The position numbers and the translations under genes were made by a program. A stretch of DNA of 64,000 nt from an uncultured Chloroflexia bacterium (GTDB lineage Bacteria > Chloroflexota > Limnocylindria > Limnocylindrales > CSP1-4): positions 224,001 through 288,000 of the forward strand of contig CAVXPZ010000004.1 in assembly GCA_963763775.1 (NCBI GenBank). The letters are read 5' to 3'. Positions 30,218 to 41,661 of this stretch are shown piece after piece. Under the pieces are notes generated by a model. That model worked only from the letters and a program-made list of their open reading frames with translations. It was not told where the DNA came from and ran no database searches. The stretch's first letter is position 1. Every line of letters begins with the position of its first letter.

Positions 30218-30520
30218 GCGACGGTCGGTCTTGAGGCCTCTCACGTGGGCGATGTCATCGTGCGAGCAAGCTCCGTGGTTCGCGGCGGATCCGGAGATCC
30301 ACGCGGCGCCTTGTCGGCTACGCCCGCCGGTTCATCGCCGTCCCGATCGGGCACGACCCCAGGACGACACCGGCATCAAGGCATTCTACCGTCGGAGTCT
30401 AGACAGGGCCTCCCGGCCGCCCAATGGGACCTTGGTCCTATCGATGACCCGGACCCTGGGCGCCGGACGTCTGGCGCGAGAGGCCATCGGCGGGGCGGCT
30501 CCCCCGCTGCCGCGGAACCC

Positions 30521-31162
30521 CTACGGCCGGATCAGCACCGCCCAGAGCGCCCCGATGATCAGGAACGGGCCGAAGGGCACGTACGAGCGGCGGCCGATCC
30601 GGCGCGCCGCCAGCAGCACGGCAAGCGAGAGGCCCGCCACGATCAACCCGATCAGCACACCGCTGAGCGCCCGCTCGCCACCGGTCATCAGGCCGATGCC
30701 GATGAGCAGTTTCACGTCACCCATGCCGAACGCCCCCGCACCGAACGGGATCGAGGGCAGGTAGAGCACCGCCGGGATCAGGATGGCGGCGGCGATCGCG
30801 AGGACGACCTGGTCGCCGACCAGCGGGTTCTGGCCGCTGAGCGCGTACAGCAGGGCGACCGGGATGACCGGCAGGGTCAGCTCGTCCGGCAGGATCCGCT
30901 GGTCGAGGTCCGTGGCGAGGCCCACGACCAGCGTGACGAACCATGCCCCGAACAGCAGGGCCGCGAGGGGCACCGCGCCGAACCGGACCGTCAACAGCCC
31001 GAAGCAGACGACCCCGACGCCGGCCGTGAGCACCGTGCGCCAGTCGACGCGGCGGCCCGGGGGATGCTCCTCGTCGTGCTCGGGCCAGCGGGTGGCGAAG
31101 CGGTCGGCGACGACGCCGAGGATGCCCCCGGCGACCGCCAGCCCGATCGCGAGTGCGTCCAA
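30521..31162 (-). CDS. Prepilin peptidase (A24 family)
   Basis: TDLDQRILPD, GMGDVKL, VPFGPFL, multiple TM segments. Confidence 0.88.
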   Translation of the reverse strand: MDALAIGLAVAGGILGVVADRFATRWPEHDEEHPPGRRVDWRTVLTAGVGVVCFGLLTVRFGAVPLAALLFGAWFVTLVVGLATDLDQRILPDELTLPVIPVALLYALSGQNPLVGDQVVLAIAAAILIPAVLYLPSIPFGAGAFGMGDVKLLIGIGLMTGGERALSGVLIGLIVAGLSLAVLLAARRIGRRSYVPFGPFLIIGALWAVLIRP

Positions 31163-31173
31163 ACCGGGTGGCG

Positions 31174-32688
31174 TCAGTCGGCGGCTGCGCCCGCGAGCGC
31201 CAGCTCGACGAGCGTCGCATGCGACGCGCCGGTCGCGCCGCGTGGCGCGTACGAGGTGGGCTTGCGGAAGTACGCGGTCCCGGCGATGTCGAGGTGGACC
31301 CACGGCTTCGTGACGAACTCGCGCAGGAAGAGCCCGCTCTTGACGAGCGAGCCCTCGGCACTGCCCGAGTTCTGGAGGTCGCCGTACCACGACTCCATCT
31401 CGGGCACGTAGTCATCGACGAGCGGCAGCTGCCAGTAGCGCTCGCCGGCCCGGTCGCCGGCCGCGACGACCTGGTCGTAGAAGTCCTGCGGGCGACCGAA
31501 CGCGCCCGTCACGAGGTGGCCGAGCGCGCGAGAGACGGCGCCCGTGAGCGTCGCCACGTCCACGACGTGCGTGGCGCCCAGCTGCTCGGCGTACGTCATC
31601 GCGTCGCCGAGGATGAGCCGACCTTCGGCATCCGTGTTCGTGATGTCGACCATCTTCCCGTTGAGCGCGCGGACGATGTCGCCGGGCCGCGTCGAGTGCG
31701 GGCCGGGCATGTTCTCGACGGCGGGGGCGAGGGCCAGGAGCGGGGTGCCCGGGGCGAGCCGGGCGACGGTCGCGATGGCCGCGATCACGGTGCAGGCACC
31801 GGTCTTGTCCATCTTCATCTCTTCCATCCGGTCCGACGGCTTGATGCTGATGCCGCCCGAATCGAAGCAGACGCCCTTGCCCACGATCGCCAGGTGCCGC
31901 CCGAGCGCGTCGCGCTCCCCGGCGCCGCCGGACCGGAGGACGATCATCCGCGGCGGGTTGTCGCTGCCCCGCCCGACGGCCATGAACATCCCCATGCCGA
32001 GCTCGGTGGCGCGGTCGGGTTCGATGACGTCGATCCACAGGCCGCACTCGTCCGCGATGGCCCGGGCCTCGTCCGCGAGGACCTCCGGGCTGACGTCGTT
32101 CGAGGCGCGGTTCGAGAGCGTCCTGGCGAGGTTCGCGCCTTCCGCGATGATCCGGCCGCGATCCGCCGCCGCCTCGACGGCCGTGGCGTCCGCGTCGGCC
32201 GGGACGATCAGGACGATCTCGTCGAGGTCCGGCGGCGTCGATTCAAGGGATTCGCGGTAGATGGCCTGCGGGTCGTACGAGCCCTCGATCAGCCCGCGCG
32301 CCACCAGCGTCGCCGCGATCTCGAGGCCTTCGCCGAGACCATCGGCGAGCGGGGTCAGCCAGAACGCCATGCGGCTCACGACACGACCCGCGAGCCGCCG
32401 CTCGGCGGTGGCCGCGGTCCGCACCACGGTCTCGCGGTCGAGGCCGTCCGCGTCGCCGGCGGCCACGACGACCACGCGGCCGACCGGGATCTCGCCCGAT
32501 GCCGCGAGGGCCGAGGCGTAGCGCTTCGAGCGCAGCTCGCCGAACGCGGCCAGCCCGCGGAGCTCTCCGCCGGACCGTCGGTCCAGCTCGTCGAGGAGCC
32601 CGTCGAAGGCGACCTCGCCGACGATCGGGACGACGAGCACGTCGGCATCGACGTCCCAGGGCTGCTCGGTGACGACTCGAACGTGCAC
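31174..32688 (-). CDS. pepA: Leucyl aminopeptidase (M17)
   Basis: VGKGVCFDSGGISIK, MKMDKTGA, NTDAEGRLILGD, DVATLTGA, WVHLDIAG. Confidence 0.93.
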   Translation of the reverse strand: MHVRVVTEQPWDVDADVLVVPIVGEVAFDGLLDELDRRSGGELRGLAAFGELRSKRYASALAASGEIPVGRVVVVAAGDADGLDRETVVRTAATAERRLAGRVVSRMAFWLTPLADGLGEGLEIAATLVARGLIEGSYDPQAIYRESLESTPPDLDEIVLIVPADADATAVEAAADRGRIIAEGANLARTLSNRASNDVSPEVLADEARAIADECGLWIDVIEPDRATELGMGMFMAVGRGSDNPPRMIVLRSGGAGERDALGRHLAIVGKGVCFDSGGISIKPSDRMEEMKMDKTGACTVIAAIATVARLAPGTPLLALAPAVENMPGPHSTRPGDIVRALNGKMVDITNTDAEGRLILGDAMTYAEQLGATHVVDVATLTGAVSRALGHLVTGAFGRPQDFYDQVVAAGDRAGERYWQLPLVDDYVPEMESWYGDLQNSGSAEGSLVKSGLFLREFVTKPWVHLDIAGTAYFRKPTSYAPRGATGASHATLVELALAGAAAD

Positions 32689-32844
32689 GATGATCGGGCC
32701 TCCGACAGGTTCGATGACGGCGCCGGGCGACGAGGCCCGACGAGACTCCGCGATGGGCTCCGCGCAGTGTACCCGCGGCCCGAGGCCCGGGAGGCGGGGC
32801 GATGACGGACGCGGCGCGTCAGGTCACCGCCAGGATCCGACGAG

Positions 32845-33810
32845 CTAGGGCTGGGGCGAGGGCGAGGCGTCCACCTCGGGCTCGAGGGCGTCCGAGAGGT
32901 GGGCGCGGGCCTCCTCGATCGCCACGACGGCCCCGTTGAGCCCGCCCTGCGCGATGTCGCCCATGATCACGACCAGGCCACGCGAATCGGGCGGGAGCTG
33001 GGCTCGGGCGGCCTTCTCGGCGGTGATCGCCTTGCGGACCTTCGAGGTGACCTTCCCGCCGACCGAGTCCAGCGCGTCGTACAGCCCCGACAGCGCCTTG
33101 TCGTAGACGGCGTTGCGCTCCAGCCACTGGTCGAGGACCGTGACGTCGACCGTGTTCGCGAGGCGGTCGCGGAACGCCTTGCTGTCGGTGATGACCTTGC
33201 TGGCCCCCTTGAGGGTCTTGATGGCCGTCGCGTACTTGGCGTCGCGTCCCTGGGCGGCCGCCTGGGCGACGAGCTGGTCATGCTGGGCGAGCTGCGTGGC
33301 GAGCCGTCCCGCCGCCGACGACGACACGGTCAGGCGATCCCAGGCGGGCTGGAGGTCGTCGGTGGCGCGGACGGCGCGGACCAGGCGGTCATAGCGCTGC
33401 AGGAGGGCCGGCGAGACGTGGAGCGGTGCCTCCGGCGTCCGCACGAACGGAAGCCCCGCCAGCGACGCATCGAGGGTCTTGGCCCGCCGCTCGATCGCGA
33501 CGAGCCGCGCATCGCCGGCCGCGATCGCCGTGTCGACCGTGTCCGTGTTGCCGGCGACGGTGGCCGCGAGGGCGCCACGCGCCTGGGCACCGAGATCGTC
33601 GACATCGGCCGACAGGAGCACGAGTTCCGCCTCCGCGGCGTCCAACGCGCTCGCGAGCGCGGCGTCGCCCGTGTAGACGAGTCGCGACTGCTCGGCGCGG
33701 CCGGTCCCCGGATCGGTGGCCGCGACGATGCCCGCCCCGCCGAGCGAGATCACGACCACGGCGATCAGCCAGCCGATGACGGCGACGAGGTGTCGCAGGC
33801 GGTCGGTCAC
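32845..33810 (-). CDS. Hypothetical exported alpha-helical protein
   Basis: GTG start overlapping the upstream stop; N-terminal TM, Ala/Lys-rich helices. Confidence 0.65.
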   Translation of the reverse strand: MTDRLRHLVAVIGWLIAVVVISLGGAGIVAATDPGTGRAEQSRLVYTGDAALASALDAAEAELVLLSADVDDLGAQARGALAATVAGNTDTVDTAIAAGDARLVAIERRAKTLDASLAGLPFVRTPEAPLHVSPALLQRYDRLVRAVRATDDLQPAWDRLTVSSSAAGRLATQLAQHDQLVAQAAAQGRDAKYATAIKTLKGASKVITDSKAFRDRLANTVDVTVLDQWLERNAVYDKALSGLYDALDSVGGKVTSKVRKAITAEKAARAQLPPDSRGLVVIMGDIAQGGLNGAVVAIEEARAHLSDALEPEVDASPSPQP

Positions 33811-34779
33811 GCGGGCGCGGCTCCGTGCAGGACGTCCCCGCGCATGGCCTGGTCGCGGGCCTTCGTCCGCAGGTAGCCGAGCTCGCCCGGTGAGGTCCCG
33901 AGGCATGAAGCCGAACCGGGTGGGGATGGTGTCCAGCGGGCCGATGTTGTCCAGGCGAAGCTGGCGGAGCTGGTCCGTGGCCACCGGGAACGGGAGGTGG
34001 ACGAACTCGGCCGTGCCCGCGACGAGCCCGATGAGCGGCACGGGCATCGGGATGACGATCCGCCGCTTGCCGAGCGCGGCGAGCACCTCGGCCGTGATCT
34101 CCCGGTACGTCCAGTACCTCGGGCCGCCCAGGTCGAAGGTCCCGCCGACCGTCGCAGGATCCGCGAACGTCGCGACCACGATCCTCGCCACATCGCCGAC
34201 GTGGATCGGCTGGAACCGGCTCTTGCCGTCGCCCGGCACCGGCATGACCCCCGGGGACAGCCGGGCGAGGTCGGCCACGATGTTGAAGAACCCGTCGCCC
34301 TCGCCGAACTGGAGCGAGGGCTTGAGGATGGTCCAGTCGAGCGAGGAGGCGACGACGAGCGCCTCGGCCTTCGCCTTCGAGCTGGCGTAGTGGAGCGTGG
34401 GATCGTCCGCGACGCCCATGGCACCCATGTGGACCAGGCGGCGCACGCCGGCCGTGGCCATGGCATCGATGACGGCGCGGGTCCCCTCGGTGTTGACGAG
34501 CCGGAGCTCCTCGCCGCCGTCGAGGTCCCGGGGGATCGCGACGAGATGGAGGACGGCATCGACGCCGGCCATGGCCGGCGCCAGGGTCGCGGGCTGCGTG
34601 ACATCGCCGGTCCGGGTCTCGACCCGGTCGCGCCAACCGGCGGGCAGGCGCTCCAGGACGAGCTCGCCGCCGCCGGGCGTTCGAACGAGCGCCACCACCG
34701 AGTGGCCGGCCTCGAGCAGCGCCGGCACGGTCCAGCTCCCCACGAAGCCGGTGGCGCCGGTGACAAGGATGGTCGACAT
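33807..34779 (-). CDS. NAD-dependent epimerase / NDUFA9-like atypical SDR (frameshift near 33890)
   Basis: VTGATGFVG, YASSKAKAE, WTILKPS, FQPIHVGD. Confidence 0.88.
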
Positions 34780-34885
34780 GCGGTGGTGATCCTCGGGGTT
34801 GCGGGCCGGGCCCCGTGCCGGCCGTCGCCTTCGGTTCGGTCGAGGATCCGAGATGGATGCCTTCGAGGCATCGTAGCATCGACCG

Positions 34886-35969
34886 ATGACCACCCCCGGC
34901 GACGCCGACCCGACGGATCCGGACCGCCGGGCCATCCGCCGCCTCGTGCGGGCGATGCCCAAGGCCGAGCTGCACCTGCACCTCGACGGCTCGCTGCGGA
35001 TCGACACGGCCATCGACCTCGCGCGCACGCGCGCCATCGATGCCCCGGCCGACTGGGTGGGCATGTCGCGGGCGCTCATCGCCCCGATGCCGTGCGCCGA
35101 CCAGGCCGAGCTGCTGCGGGCCTTCGACCTGCCGATCGCGCTGATGCAGGACGCCGACGCCCTGGAGCGGATCACCGCGGAGCTCGTCGAGACCAAGGCC
35201 GCCGACAACGTCCGCTACGTCGAGATCCGCTGGGGGCCGCTGCTCCACGTGGCGGGCGGCCTCAGCCTCGACGACGGGATCGCGGCCGTCTGCGATGGGG
35301 CAGCGGCGGCGGCGGCCCGGACCGGGACGACGGTCCGGCTCATCTGCACCGCCCTGCGCTCCCACGACCCGGAGGCGAATGTCGTGCTGGCCGAGACCGC
35401 CGTCCGATTCCGCGACCGCGGCCTGACCGGGTTGGGACCTTGCCGGCGGCGAGGCGGCGTTCCCGGACCCGCTGCTCCACGCCCGAGCCTTCGAGGCCGC
35501 CCGGGCCGGGGGCCTGCGGATCACCCTGCACGCCGGGGAGTGGGGCGGCGCCGCGCAGGTGCGCCGAGCCCTGGCGATGGGACCGGAACGCATCGCCCAC
35601 GGGCCCGGCGCGATCGACGACGCCGGGTTGTGCGCGGACCTGCGCGCACAGGGCGTGTCGCTGGACCTGTGCCCGAGCTCGAACTGGCAGGCGGGGATCG
35701 TCCCGAGCGTCGCCGCCCATCCCCTCGCCGCCCTGCACCGGTCCGGCGTGCCGGTGACGCTGTCGACGGACGACACGACGGTCTCCGACATCACGCTGTC
35801 GGAGGAGTACGGGCACGCCCTCGAGGCGATCGGGCTGACGCTGCCGGAGCTGTGGGCGATCGACCGTCGAGCGCTCGACGTGGCGTTCGCCGACGAGGCC
35901 GTCCTCGCTCCGCTGCGGACCGAGTTCGACGACTGGGCGCGAGGCATCCCCGAACTCGGCGCAGCGTGA
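34886..35969 (+). CDS. add: Adenosine deaminase (frameshift near 35440)
   Basis: MPKAELHLHLDGS, YVEIR, TLHAGE, RIAHG, LCPSSN, LSTDD. Confidence 0.88.
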
Positions 35970-36017
35970 TGGTTGCGGGGACTACAACCTGAGCCGTCGG
36001 GGCAGTACATTCCCCCT

Positions 36018-39000
36018 ATGCAATGCCCCGCGTGCGGGACGGTCAACGAGGCCGGCCGGAAGTTCTGCCATGAGTGCGGCGAGAAGCTGGCCGCCACGTG
36101 CCCGTCGTGCGGGTCGGCCAACACGCCCGGCGCGCGCTTCTGCGGCGAGTGCGGGACGAAGCTGGCGAACGGGGATGGGGCACCCGCCGGGGCGCGCGCC
36201 GGGGGCTTGAACTCGGGGCGCGCCGTCGGTGCGGCCGCCGCCCCGGTCGCCGAGCGGCGCCTCGTCAGCATCCTGTTCGCGGATCTCGTCGGGTTCACGG
36301 CCATCGCCGAGGGCCGCGACGCGGAGACCGTCCGCGAGCTGCTCTCGAGCTACTTCGACCTGGCGCGCGACGTCATCACCCGCCACGGCGGGACGGTCGA
36401 GAAGTTCATCGGCGACGCGGTCATGGCCGTCTGGGGCGCCCCGGTCGCGCGCGAGGACGACGCCGAGCGCGCCGTCCGGGCAGGGCTGGAGCTCGTGGAC
36501 GCCGTCCGCGCGCTCGGGCCGGAGGTGCGGGCCCGCGCCGGCGTCCTGACCGGCGAGGCGGCCGTGACGCTCGGTGCGACCGACCAGGGCATGGTCGCCG
36601 GCGACCTCGTGAACACCGCCTCGAGACTGCAGTCCGTCGCCGCGCCCGGGACGGTCCTGGTGGGCGAGGCGACCCAGCGAGCGACCTCGCAGGCGATCGC
36701 GTACGAGCCGGCGGGTGACCAGGTGCTGAAGGGCAAGGACGCCCCCGTCGCCGCATGGCGGGCGCTGCGGATCGTCGCCGAGCGGTCCGGTCGCGGGCGC
36801 TCGGACCGGCTCGAGGCGCCGTTCGTGGGACGGGACGCCGAACTCCGTCTCCTCAAGGACCTGTTCCACGCCACCTCGAAGGAGCGGCGGGTCCGGCTCG
36901 TTTCGATCACCGGCCAGGCCGGCATCGGCAAGTCGCGCCTGGCCTGGGAGTTCGAGAAGTACGTCGACGGCGTCGTCGAGCGGGTCATGTGGCACGACGG
37001 CCGGTCGCCCGCGTACGGCGAGGGCATCACGTTCTGGGCCCTGGGCGAGATGGTCCGCAGCCGCGCCGGGCTCGCCGAGACCGACGACGCGGAGACGACG
37101 CGCGCGAGGATCGCGGCGATGCTCGACGAGTTCGTCCCCGACGAGACCGAGTGCCGCTGGATCGAGCCGGCCCTGCTGGCCCTCCTCGGGGTCGACGAGG
37201 CGCCGCTCGGCGGCCGCGACGAGCTGTTCCGGGCCTGGCGCACGTTCTTCGAACGGGTCGCCGGGACTGGCACCGTGGCGCTCGTGTTCGAGGACCTGCA
37301 TTGGGCCGATGGCGGTCTGCTCGACTTCATCGACCACCTGCTCGAGTGGTCGCGCGGCGTCCCGATCCTGATCATCACGCTGGCGCGCCCGGACCTCCTC
37401 GTGCGCCGCCCCGACTGGGGCGCGGGCCGGCGGAACTTCCTCGCCCTCGGGCTGGAGGCGCTCGACGACGACGCGATGCGCGAGCTGCTCGCCGGACTCG
37501 TGCCCGGGCTCCCGGCCGCGTCCGTCCGCTCGATCATCGACCGGGCCGACGGCATCCCGCTCTACGCGGTCGAGATGGTCCGGATGCTGGTCGGCGACGG
37601 CCGGCTGCGCGAGGTGGACGGGCGGTACGAGCCCGTCGGCGAGCTTGGCGAGCTGGCCGTGCCCGAGACGCTGCAGGCGCTCATCGCGGCCCGGCTCGAC
37701 GGCCTCGACGCCGGGGACCGGACGCTCCTCCAGGACGCCGCGGTCCTCGGACAGAGCTTCACGATCGCGGCGCTGGCGGCTGTCAACGGCGGGACCGAGG
37801 AAGCCATCGGGGCCCGGCTCCACGACCTGGCCGGGATGGAGCTCGTCGAGCAGCTCATCGACCCGCGCTCGCCGGAGCGCGGCCAGTACCTGTTCGTGCA
37901 GGCCCTGATCCGCGAGGTCGCCTACGGGACGCTCGCCAAGCGCGACCGCGCGGTCGCGCCATCTGGCGGCCGCGCGCTACTTCGAGTCGCTCGGCGAGGA
38001 CGAGCTGGCCGGAGCCCTCGCGACCCACTACGTCGCCGCGTACGAGGCGGTCCCCGAGGGGCCGGAGGGCGATGCGCTCGCGGTCCAGGCACGGCTGGCG
38101 CTCGTCGGGGCCGCCGACCGGGCGATGGCCCTGGGCTCGCCGGAGCAGGCCATGACGTTCCTGACGCGGGCCGACCACCGTCACGACCGATCCGGCGGAG
38201 CGCGCGAACCTCCTCGAGCGGCTCGGCCGCGCGGCGGCGTCGGCGGCACGACCCGAGGTCGCCGTCGCCCATCTCACGGAGGCGATCGAGATCCGTCGGA
38301 GCCTCGGCGACGAGCCGGCCGCCTACCGGGCGACCCTCTGGCTGGCGGAGGGGTACATGTCGGGTCGTCTCGTCGAGAAGGCCTCGCCGGTGCTCGAACA
38401 GGCGGTCGCCTACGGCGCGGGCGACGCGGACGAAGCCGGACATGGCGGCCATCCTCGGCGCTGCTGTCGCGCGTCCGAGCGCTCGAGCAGCGTCTGCACG
38501 AGGCGGTCGCGCTCGCCGATCGGGCGCTCGAGATCGCTGAGCGGCTCGACCTGTACGAGGTGCTCGCCGAGCGCCCTCATCACCAAGGGCGACATCCTCG
38601 CGCGGCCACGGTCGCCCGATCGAGGGTCTCAGCCTGATCATCGACGGCTCGCGAGCTCGCGAACGACTACACCCTGCCGGCGATCGAGAGTCGGGCGCTC
38701 ACCAGCCTGACGATCGTCATGGCCTCGCGCGACGTGCGGGCCACCTGGGATCTCGAGCAGGAGGCGATCGCCTTCGCCCGGCGGATCGGCCGGCGCGACA
38801 TGGAAGCTGACGCGTCATCGGGAACGCCGGGGAGGACGCCATCCGCCTCGGCGAATGGGACTGGATCGCCGACGAGATCCGCGCGTTCAGCGATATCGAC
38901 CTGCCGCTCGGCAGCCGCACTCGGGATGGCCTTCGCGGCGACGGTCCCGAAGGTCCTTCGCGGGGATCCCGAGGCGCCCGCGACCGTCGCCGAGGTCCGT

Positions 39001-39592
39001 CGCTGGGCGATCATCGACGCGCACGACAGCGACTTCGGATCGTCGGCCGCCGACATGGAGGCGTGGGTCGCCCTCGCTGACGGCGCCTTCGCCAAGGCCC
39101 GCGACGCCTGGTTGACGCAGGCCGAGGCAAGCGACACGAATGCCCCATTCGCGCTGCCACGGGCCGGCAAGTCGGCCGTCCTGGCCGGTGACGCGGCCGG
39201 CGCGCGCGATGCCCTCGACCGGCTGACCCTCAACGGCACACGCGGTCGCGTCATCGACATCGAGCGCCTGACGATCGAGGCCGGGATCGCCGCGATCGAC
39301 GGACGGACCTCCGAGGCCGTGTCGGCCTTCCGCGTGGCGCTGGCGGCGATGGGCCGAGATGGGCCTGCCGTGGGACCAGGCCTGGGCGGCATGGACGGCC
39401 GTCGTGGCGCTGGGACCGACGGTGCCGGAGGCTCGAGCCTGGGGCGCGGCGACTCGGCCGATCCTCGAGCAGCTCGGGGCACGGCCACTGCTCGCCCTGC
39501 TGGACGACGCGCTCGGTGACTCGGGCGGCGCGAGCTCGTCCTCGCGCGACGGCGCCGGGTCGGGGATCGCGGAGCGGTCCCGAGGCGGCTGA
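36018..39592 (+). CDS. Double zinc ribbon + class III nucleotidyl cyclase + AAA/STAND ATPase + TPR protein (several frameshifts after 37950)
   Basis: CPACG...CHECG...CPSCG...CGECG; LFADLVGFT, EKFIGDAVMA, GDLVNTASRLQ; FVGRD, GQAGIGKSRL, EDLHWAD; helical C-terminus across frames. Confidence 0.85.
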
Positions 39593-39607
39593 CCGCCGAC
39601 GTCGGAA

Positions 39608-40457
39608 TCAGCCCGCCGCGATCGAGTCGAGCGCCGCGGCCAGCTCGTCGGCGTCCGCGGCGATGGCGTAGGGGCGTTCGGCCTCGGGCAGCGCGTCCAC
39701 CTGTTCGCGCGTCGTGACGCCGGTCAGCATCAGGACGCAGCGCGCACCGACGGCATGCGCCGCGATGAGGTCCGTGGCGATGCCGTCGCCGATCATCACC
39801 GCGTCGTGGACGTCGCGGCCGACGGCCTCCGCCGCGAGCTGCAGGAGATGGGGCGCCGGCTTGCCGATCGAGAGCGGCACGACGCCGGACGCCGCCTCGA
39901 CGAAGGCCGCGACCGCACCGGCCCCGGGACGCAGCCCGCGCTCGGTGGGGTAGATCGGGTCGCGGTTCGTCGCGATGAACCTCGCCCCGGCGCGGATGCA
40001 GTCGTTGGCGGCGGCCAGTCGCAGGTAGGTGAGGTTCGGGTCGAGGCCGGTCACCACGGCGTCCGGCTGACCGGCAGCCGCCCAGCCATCGATGCCCTCC
40101 TGGTGCATCCGGGTCGCGGCGGCTCCCGACGTCACGACATCGAGGCCGACGTCGCGGAGCTCGCGCTCGAGACCGCCCGCCCCGACCACCAGGACGCGGC
40201 GGATGCCGGTCTCGTGGGTGACGATGTGCATCGCGGTCGCCCGGGCGGACGACACCACGGTCTCGGGACGTGACCGGCGCGCCCATCGAGGCCAGGCGGG
40301 TCACGTAGTCGGCGCGGTAGTGCATCGAGTTGTTCGTCACGTAGACCACGTCGTCGCCCAGGGCGGCGCGAGCGGCGAGGACGGCGGCGACGCCCGGGAC
40401 CGGCGCGGTCCCGCGGTACACGACCCCGTCGAGGTCCACGAGCAGGAGGAGCGACAC
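39608..40457 (-). CDS. HAD-IIA (NagD-like) phosphatase (frameshift near 40270)
   Basis: DLDGVVY, VTNNS, ATNRD, IGKPAP, MIGDGIATD, MLTGVT. Confidence 0.88.
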
Positions 40458-40502
40458 GGCCCGATCGTAGCGGCGCCGCGCCGGCCGCGTACGATGGCGG
40501 TC

Positions 40503-41126
40503 ATGGCCCGCACCGCCTCGCTCCCCGCCGACCCGTTCGCGAGCACCGACTGGCTGCTGATCGACGGGACCAACCTCCTGCATGCCCTCGCGAAGTCGAA
40601 GGTGGCCGCCCCGCGATCGGCCTTGATCGGGCGCATCCGAGGCATCGTGCCGACGTCCGTTGCGATCGACGTGGTGTTCGACGGACCGTCGGAGCCGGGG
40701 CTGCGCGGCGAGCGCATCGCGTCGGGCCTGCGGGTCCGCTACAGCGGCGGACGCACGGCCGATGCCGTCCTGCTCTCGCTCGTCGACGAGACGCGCGTCA
40801 GCGACGGCCCGCTCGGCACCGCGGCGATCCTCGTCGTCACCGACGACCGCGACCTCCGTCACGGCCTGCAGAACCGCGGCGCGCGGACGGCCGGGACCGC
40901 GTGGCTGCTCGGTCGGCTCGAGCGGACGGGGCGCTCCCGCGACGGGTCGAGCCTCGGCCAGGCGCCCAAGACGATGCCCGCTGCCACGGGTTCCGGGACC
41001 GCCGCCGGGTCGGCCGGCGACCGCGACACCGAGGACGAAGGCCGCTGGGAACCGGGGCGTCGTGCGACCGTCAAGAAGGGCAACGCGCGACGTCGGCCGC
41101 GGCACCATCCGGGCCGCAACGGCTGA
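40503..41126 (+). CDS. NYN/YacP-like PIN-fold protein
   Basis: LIDGTNL, VVFDG, TADAVL, VVTDDRDL. Confidence 0.75.
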   Translation: MARTASLPADPFASTDWLLIDGTNLLHALAKSKVAAPRSALIGRIRGIVPTSVAIDVVFDGPSEPGLRGERIASGLRVRYSGGRTADAVLLSLVDETRVSDGPLGTAAILVVTDDRDLRHGLQNRGARTAGTAWLLGRLERTGRSRDGSSLGQAPKTMPAATGSGTAAGSAGDRDTEDEGRWEPGRRATVKKGNARRRPRHHPGRNG

Positions 41127-41161
41127 CCGCGGACCGAGGCCCACGCTGCTAGGATGCGCCC

Positions 41162-41641
41162 GTGATCGTCGACACCCTGAACCAGATCTGGACCACGATC
41201 CTCGACGTGACGGCCATCTTCGTCACGCCGGACTGGAACTTCCTGATCCAGACGCTGCCCTTCCTGATCCTGCTCGGCGTGGTCATGCCGTTCCTCACGT
41301 TCACGGCCCTCGGATCGATCATCTATCTCGCCCGGAAGCCGCGCGCGAAGGTCTCGTTCGTCGAGGGCCCGCAGGTCGCGACGCTCGGGGCGGACGGCGA
41401 GCCCGTGTTCCCCGTCGGCTTGCCGCACTGCCGTCGCGACCGCCTCATCTTCCCCTCGGGCACGAACCGGTGCGACGCCTGCCGCGATGAGCTGACGGTG
41501 ATCTGCCCGATGTGCGGCCTCGGCCGTCTCGCGCTCGTCGATACCTGCACGAACTGCGGCCTGGTCCTGAAGGTCAAGCCGAAGGCCGTCGCGGTCCGGA
41601 CCTCCGCCGGCGCCAAGCCGGGCGGCGCCGCGGCCGCCTGA
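41162..41641 (+). CDS. Membrane protein with C-terminal Cys-rich double zinc ribbon
   Basis: Hydrophobic N-terminus; CRRD...CDAC...CPMC...CTNC. Confidence 0.7.
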   Translation: MIVDTLNQIWTTILDVTAIFVTPDWNFLIQTLPFLILLGVVMPFLTFTALGSIIYLARKPRAKVSFVEGPQVATLGADGEPVFPVGLPHCRRDRLIFPSGTNRCDACRDELTVICPMCGLGRLALVDTCTNCGLVLKVKPKAVAVRTSAGAKPGGAAAA

Positions 41642-41661
41642 CGGGAGGGCCGCTCACACCC

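Noticed and set aside
30245-30380. c-di-AMP (ydaO) riboswitch before the M23 peptidase
   Set aside because: Leader has hairpins but lacks the GCTGAA and CCCGTCAGCTAAC hallmarks
30397-30405. Third GTCTAGACA operator
   Set aside because: Flanks differ from the two identical 13-mers and the context is unrelated
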